Shown here: piece after piece, positions 59,418-64,000 of the stretch | Position numbering within the stretch: the stretch's first letter is position 1 | Layout: each line of letters starts with the position of its first letter | DNA from: a virus | Lineage: Duplodnaviria; Caudoviricetes | Length of the DNA: 64,000 bases | IMG/VR virus record: IMGVR_UViG_3300021431_000003 | Coordinates: 64,001-128,000 of that record | Strand: one strand, 5' to 3' | Translations under genes and position numbers: made by a program | Notes under the pieces: model-generated | Seen by the model: the letters and a program-made list of their open reading frames with translations, nothing else | The model's database searches: none | Told to the model about the DNA's origin: nothing

Positions 59418-59664
59418 ATGAGAGTAAATTTATCTATACTATCATCGTATAGCCTTCAACTCTCATCCATACTATCCGAAAGGAGGTGTTAGTATGGGTG
59501 AAGGAATCGGAGGCGGCATTGGATTTTAATAAATCGAAGAGAATCCTGGCAAATGCAAATTTACCGAAATATATATGAAAGGATGAGATATATGAAACGA
59601 ATATAATAACTTTATAATTTCGAAAGTAAAACCCACACGCCGATGAGCGTGTGGGTTATTTTTT
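59417..59664 (+). other. Structured transcript with minigenes MGEGIGGGIGF* (59494-59529) and MKRI* (59592-59606)
   Basis: GAAAGGAGGTG and GAAAGGA RBSs; 5' hairpins; terminator 59629-59657. Confidence 0.55.
59629..59657. terminator. Bidirectional terminator
   Basis: AACCCACACGC-cgatga-GCGTGTGGGTT + T tract. Confidence 0.85.
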
Positions 59665-59667
59665 ATA

Positions 59668-60174
59668 TTATTCATCGTCACCTTCATAATAAGGTGCATC
59701 GCTGAACTTATCTTCATCTTCAGGGTCTTCTTGAATAAACTCCTCATTCTGTTCACCAGTAGGTTCTGTAACAGTTGGAACCTCTTCTACAGGCTGTTCG
59801 ACAACAGCGGTCTTCTTAGAGGACTTCTTCTTAGAAGAGGTGGTTGTGGTAGTTACAGTTTCTTCCTTAATCTTCTCTACACGAGCAGTATTGTTTCTCT
59901 CATCTTCAGCGATACCCTTATTGATTTCAATATCGTTGAGCTGAGCAGTATAAGAACGAAGTACTTCCTTGAAATTATCTGCAGTAAGTCTAACCTTAGT
60001 ACCATTATTTTTTTCCAGAGTAACGATAGCATAACAAGAAAGACACTGAGCAATTTCAGAAGCATTCATCTTCTTACGAATTCTAGCATAACGTTGAATA
60101 GTTGGTCTAATGGTAACAACAGGATAATTCTTAGTCTCTACAATTACCATGAACTTAGTTACATTAATAGCCAT
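59668..60174 (-). CDS. Hypothetical protein with low-complexity acidic C-terminus
   Basis: GGAGGA RBS, 168 aa, third gene of a late operon. Confidence 0.8.
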   Translation of the reverse strand: MAINVTKFMVIVETKNYPVVTIRPTIQRYARIRKKMNASEIAQCLSCYAIVTLEKNNGTKVRLTADNFKEVLRSYTAQLNDIEINKGIAEDERNNTARVEKIKEETVTTTTTSSKKKSSKKTAVVEQPVEEVPTVTEPTGEQNEEFIQEDPEDEDKFSDAPYYEGDDE

Positions 60175-60192
60175 TGTTTATATATCCTCCAA

Positions 60193-60618
60193 TCAATAGT
60201 CAATATCAATATCGCCGTCAATGAGAGAGTCAATATCATCTCCATCATCAATAAGAGCTTCTAAGTCCTCATACGGACAAAGAACATCTTCGATATCTTC
60301 AATAAGCTCATCTTCATCATCAATACCACAATCATCTAATGTATCTTGGAAAAGATCACCTTCTCCTTCAATATCATCAGTGATTTCAGAATCAATAAAT
60401 GCATTTACTTCCTCATCATCTTCAAGAAACTGAGTCTCGTCGTCATAACCAGAATCAATTTCAAGATCAGCCATCTTATCTGCTGCAGTAGTAGCCTCTG
60501 TAAGAATATCATTCTCAGCAAGAAGCCATTCATCTACAGCATTTTCTACAACGAGGTCTCTCTGAGCATTCATAACGTCTTCAATAATCTCGTCGACAGA
60601 AGCAGTTTTAGTAAGCAT
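60193..60618 (-). CDS. Highly acidic protein
   Basis: GAAAGGAG RBS; Asp/Glu-rich; VVENA, LAEN, LTEA motifs. Confidence 0.8.
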   Translation of the reverse strand: MLTKTASVDEIIEDVMNAQRDLVVENAVDEWLLAENDILTEATTAADKMADLEIDSGYDDETQFLEDDEEVNAFIDSEITDDIEGEGDLFQDTLDDCGIDDEDELIEDIEDVLCPYEDLEALIDDGDDIDSLIDGDIDIDY

Positions 60619-60635
60619 AATATAACACTCCTTTC

Positions 60636-61121
60636 TTAAGCATTAAAGATAGAATCATAATCAGAGTTTACATTAGTACCATCATCTGTAGTAAAGTGTA
60701 CATCATTTTCATCTGCATCACCATCTACATTAGGAACTGAGATATATAACTGAAAGTCTTCAGGAGTAATCTCATCGAAGTTTACATCTTCGCAATAGTC
60801 AGGGTCCATATTATTAAGATGCTCATCATCTGCTTTTAGACCAAGCTGTTTCTTAAGAACTTCACCATATGAATCACTAGCAATATCTTCTACAGTATCA
60901 ATTCTTTCAAGTACCTTATCAATAATATAATTGAAAGGTAACTCGCCTTCATCTCTATCTGCTTCAAAGATATTATTCTCATCATCCATAACTCTAAGAC
61001 ATAAATCATCAATGAAGTTATCTACACATGTAAAGATAGAATCAGATAATTCGTCATCTGCTACTACCATATCACATACAAAATCAGTCATAAGACTATC
61101 AAGTGTAACAGGCTGAGACAT
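60636..61121 (-). CDS. Acidic hypothetical protein
   Basis: GAAAGGAGG RBS; late promoter 61144-61155. Confidence 0.8.
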   Translation of the reverse strand: MSQPVTLDSLMTDFVCDMVVADDELSDSIFTCVDNFIDDLCLRVMDDENNIFEADRDEGELPFNYIIDKVLERIDTVEDIASDSYGEVLKKQLGLKADDEHLNNMDPDYCEDVNFDEITPEDFQLYISVPNVDGDADENDVHFTTDDGTNVNSDYDSIFNA

Positions 61122-61153
61122 ATAAAGTCCTCCTTTCCTAGATTATTGGTATG

Positions 61154-62347
61154 TTAAGACATGAGCTTTTTAATGCTATACTCAAGTACAAATATTAACA
61201 TAGGTATTGTGTAGAATAAATCAGCTGTAGGTTTAAAATCAATAGCTTCTAATAATGGTATAATAGAAGAATCAAGTTTAACATCGTTGAAATAGTCTAC
61301 GATAATATTATAGTATGCTTTCGGATCATTTGGTAATAGCTTTTCTTTAAATTTAACATTACTAATCAATTGTGCATCTACTGGATTAAACAATGATAGA
61401 CCAAAATCTTTATGTTTAATTATATAGTAATCATCTGCTACAGTAGAGAATAATGAATACTGGTCTTGTATAAGCTCAGCATTACAATTTTGATTAGTAA
61501 ATTTATCTACAGTTTTAGTCTCTAAAGCTCTAAATAGACTTTGATTATAATCAATAGAGAAAGTTCTTGGAACTGGTACTTCATGATTAATATAGATATA
61601 TTCAGTAGACCCAGATAAGATATCATTTCTATATAAGAATTCAATCATGTATGGATCATAGAGATTACCATAAGGACCAGTATAAGTAAATGTCTGTACA
61701 GAGTCATTATAGAATAGAGAGATATAATAATCCTTCATTTGTATAAGCAGACCATCTAATGCATCAATACAATCATAGATAGTTTCTTTTACTATAACAT
61801 TATAGCTTGTACCGACATTATTGATAATCATTCTATAAGTTTCAGTGACCTGATTATCAATATAAGATTCACCTGTTTGGTCAATTTGTGCATCAAATTT
61901 ATAAACGTTATTGTTATTATCTATAGTGTCATATGATACTGAATTAACTCTATAGATAAAATTTTTACCAGCCTGTTTAAGAGTGAAATGGTCACCTTGA
62001 TAAGGAATCCATGTATTAGGAAGTACAATACCACTAATAGATGGAGGTGCAGTAGATAGACCATCTTCATCGTACTCTAAGTCAATTTCAATCTGAATTC
62101 CTTGACTATAAAAGATTGCATCTTTAATGAGTTTATAACGAATTGGACTATTCTTACCAATTGCTACATATTCTGCTCCAGTACCTTCATCTAGCGTAGT
62201 AGCATCTTTATCAATATTATACCAATCACAAATAACAGGAGGCTTATTATTGAATACATAGTTAGCAGTTTTTACTTTCTGTATCATACCAGAAGTAAGA
62301 GAGTCAATAGCTTTAGTATATGACTTATTAATAAACTTACCACCCAT
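61154..62347 (-). CDS. Virion structural protein (possible neck/head completion)
   Basis: 397 aa, AAGGAGG RBS, late promoter 62374-62385; PYQGDHF..YRVNSV beta-barrel-like segment. Confidence 0.6.
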   Translation of the reverse strand: MGGKFINKSYTKAIDSLTSGMIQKVKTANYVFNNKPPVICDWYNIDKDATTLDEGTGAEYVAIGKNSPIRYKLIKDAIFYSQGIQIEIDLEYDEDGLSTAPPSISGIVLPNTWIPYQGDHFTLKQAGKNFIYRVNSVSYDTIDNNNNVYKFDAQIDQTGESYIDNQVTETYRMIINNVGTSYNVIVKETIYDCIDALDGLLIQMKDYYISLFYNDSVQTFTYTGPYGNLYDPYMIEFLYRNDILSGSTEYIYINHEVPVPRTFSIDYNQSLFRALETKTVDKFTNQNCNAELIQDQYSLFSTVADDYYIIKHKDFGLSLFNPVDAQLISNVKFKEKLLPNDPKAYYNIIVDYFNDVKLDSSIIPLLEAIDFKPTADLFYTIPMLIFVLEYSIKKLMS

Positions 62348-62399
62348 CTATATACCTCCTTGTATGGTTATATTATTGAAATGTTCAACAAACAAAAAA

Positions 62400-62425
62400 T
62401 AAGGGGTGAAGTAAATCACCCCTTA
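62400..62425 (-). terminator. Intrinsic terminator
   Basis: TAAGGGGTGA..TCACCCCTTA, T tract on the minus strand. Confidence 0.8.
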
Positions 62426-63454
62426 TATTTTATAACAGAAGTCGTCCATTCTCCATTCTGGTACACCGAAGTCTTTCTCATTTCTGTACTTGTTTCTATG
62501 CAAGAAGAACTGATACCCAAATACAGAGTAGTTCATAACTATATTAGTTATCATCTTATCATCTACATCTGCATCTGGGAAAAAGTGTACTTCTAGACTA
62601 AATGGCATTGCAGTATGAATAAACCAATATAAAGCTTTCTCATATGCTTTACCACGTCCAGCAATATATACACAATTATCTTCAGACTTTATTAGATTGT
62701 ATTTTATACCCAATACATCAAACGGTCCTTCTGCAATATATAACTTTACAGATCTACTTAAATCTACACTACATGGAAGTATATAGAAGTCATTATCTGG
62801 TGTATTCTTAAACACCTTATAATTGATATACTTCTGCTGCAATGATTCTTCTAGTTTACTTTCTGCATAACTACCAGATATGATATTTCTCATATTCAAA
62901 CTAGCATTACTTCTAGAAAGGAATCCTATAAAGTAGTAATTAAGTTGTTGTACAGTATTAGGATGTCTTGTAAGATAGTTAATACCATTGCGAGATAATA
63001 GGTCTGATATATTGAGTATAATCTTATTTTTTATACAATCTTCATATGTGAATCTAAAACCAAGTCTATCATTAACATACTTAAGTTTGTAATCAGATAA
63101 CTCATTCATGGTTATATTATCCCACAATAGATTATAGAATGAATTGTTTCCAGAAAATCCCATCTTAAAGTCTAAACCTTTATTAGAATTCAATATCTCT
63201 GGGTCAAGTTGTTTTGATATTCCGATATCATCTAAAAAGTTTTGGTTTAGATAACCATGAGATTTACATATGAAACAATTATAAGTGATCGGTTTATTAG
63301 GGTCATTAAATGGTCCTATATATAGCTTTGGTCTTTGTTCACCGCAAAATGGACAAGGACAAGCTATTTCGTTACCACCTGATACAAGTTGTGGTCTATC
63401 AAGTACTTGTAGAAGATATTGTTTTATCGCTTCCTTCTGTATCATTATCATCAA
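62423..63454 (-). CDS. DNA primase (DnaG-type)
   Basis: Zinc finger CPFC...CFIC; TOPRIM IAEGPFD and DAD; KDFG. Confidence 0.85.
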   Translation of the reverse strand: MMIMIQKEAIKQYLLQVLDRPQLVSGGNEIACPCPFCGEQRPKLYIGPFNDPNKPITYNCFICKSHGYLNQNFLDDIGISKQLDPEILNSNKGLDFKMGFSGNNSFYNLLWDNITMNELSDYKLKYVNDRLGFRFTYEDCIKNKIILNISDLLSRNGINYLTRHPNTVQQLNYYFIGFLSRSNASLNMRNIISGSYAESKLEESLQQKYINYKVFKNTPDNDFYILPCSVDLSRSVKLYIAEGPFDVLGIKYNLIKSEDNCVYIAGRGKAYEKALYWFIHTAMPFSLEVHFFPDADVDDKMITNIVMNYSVFGYQFFLHRNKYRNEKDFGVPEWRMDDFCYKI

Positions 63455-63677
63455 CTACTTTCTTATCTATATTAATCTCATACCCTAATGCTTCAGCATA
63501 ACGTATAAGACTTCTAAGAGTATAAGAGTTTTCTCCACTCTCTATATTACTTATTGTAGCTGTTGATAGTCCACTCATTTCTGACAATTGTTTCTGAGTA
63601 AGACCACGAGACTTACGAATATTCGTAAGTCTCATTCTAATGAATTGGTCTTGAATATATACATCTACATTATTCAT
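63399..63677 (-). CDS. XRE/Cro-C1 family HTH transcriptional regulator
   Basis: LTNIRKSRGLTQKQLSEMSGLSTATISNIESG..TLRSLIRYAEALG. Confidence 0.9.
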   Translation of the reverse strand: MNNVDVYIQDQFIRMRLTNIRKSRGLTQKQLSEMSGLSTATISNIESGENSYTLRSLIRYAEALGYEINIDKKVVDDNDTEGSDKTISSTST

Positions 63678-63999
63678 TTATACCAATCCTCACCTTCAAT
63701 TCAAGTTCTATAAGCTTATCTACATCTACACCAGCGCATTTGTTAGCATCAGCTTCTGGAGAAAGACTATAATATTTAGTAATAGATTCTTTTCGATATT
63801 GATATTCAGATATATCACTGATATCATCTCTTTCATCTATCATTATCAAAAAGGCATTATAATCTTTGATAAACATAAGGTCTTCAGAATTAAGGACATC
63901 TTCTGCTCCTTCTCTGAATACGCTAATGATATCTTTAGTATGAAGAACATGACCAATTTCATGTTTAATGCTTTCTTCTATATAAGCATTGATGTCTTG
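63670..63999 (-). CDS. ImmA/IrrE-like HExxH metallopeptidase, 5'-truncated
   Basis: Frame is open to the window edge: SIKHEIGHVLH ... PEADAN; stop overlaps the XRE start. Confidence 0.6.
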   Translation of the reverse strand, partial: QDINAYIEESIKHEIGHVLHTKDIISVFREGAEDVLNSEDLMFIKDYNAFLIMIDERDDISDISEYQYRKESITKYYSLSPEADANKCAGVDVDKLIELELKVRIGINE

Positions 64000-64000
64000 T

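Noticed and set aside
1-64000. tRNA, rRNA, integrase, transposase
   Set aside because: Intergenic gaps show no cloverleaf or T-loop signatures and no recombinase motifs were recognised
1-64000. Active stop-codon reassignment
   Set aside because: Code 11 gives full-length genes and high coding density, including a 13.9-kb ORF

Overview
A 64-kb, AT-rich segment of a lytic jumbo phage of the phiKZ/AR9(PBS1)-like type, probably infecting a Firmicute (inferred from strong AGGAGG RBSs and BspA-type LRR fibres). Core genes: three fragments of multisubunit RNA polymerase beta' (two probably virion RNAP, one non-virion RNAP), a family-B DNA polymerase split into two genes ~18 kb apart, SF2 helicase, primase, RusA-like resolvase, portal, probable major capsid protein, tail sheath and tube, and a 4626-aa tape-measure-like protein with three cell-wall hydrolase domains. 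Two promoter classes can be read from the sequence: AAC(A/T)-N6-TA (20 copies, matching the AR9 late consensus) and TATATHAT-N5-YG (8 copies, early-type). Most unusual: (i) an LRR tail-fibre locus of ~35 69-bp units with a homogenised framework, hypervariable positions and an exact 101-bp cap duplication; (ii) two promoter-to-terminator small RNAs with anti-RBS segments; (iii) early transcription units encoding only minigenes, one behind a switch-like leader; (iv) a conserved structured leader shared by two early genes; (v) an ImmA/IrrE-like protease plus XRE repressor pair upstream of the primase. No tRNA, rRNA, CRISPR array, integrase or reverse transcriptase was seen. All calls come from motif recognition by eye, without database searches.
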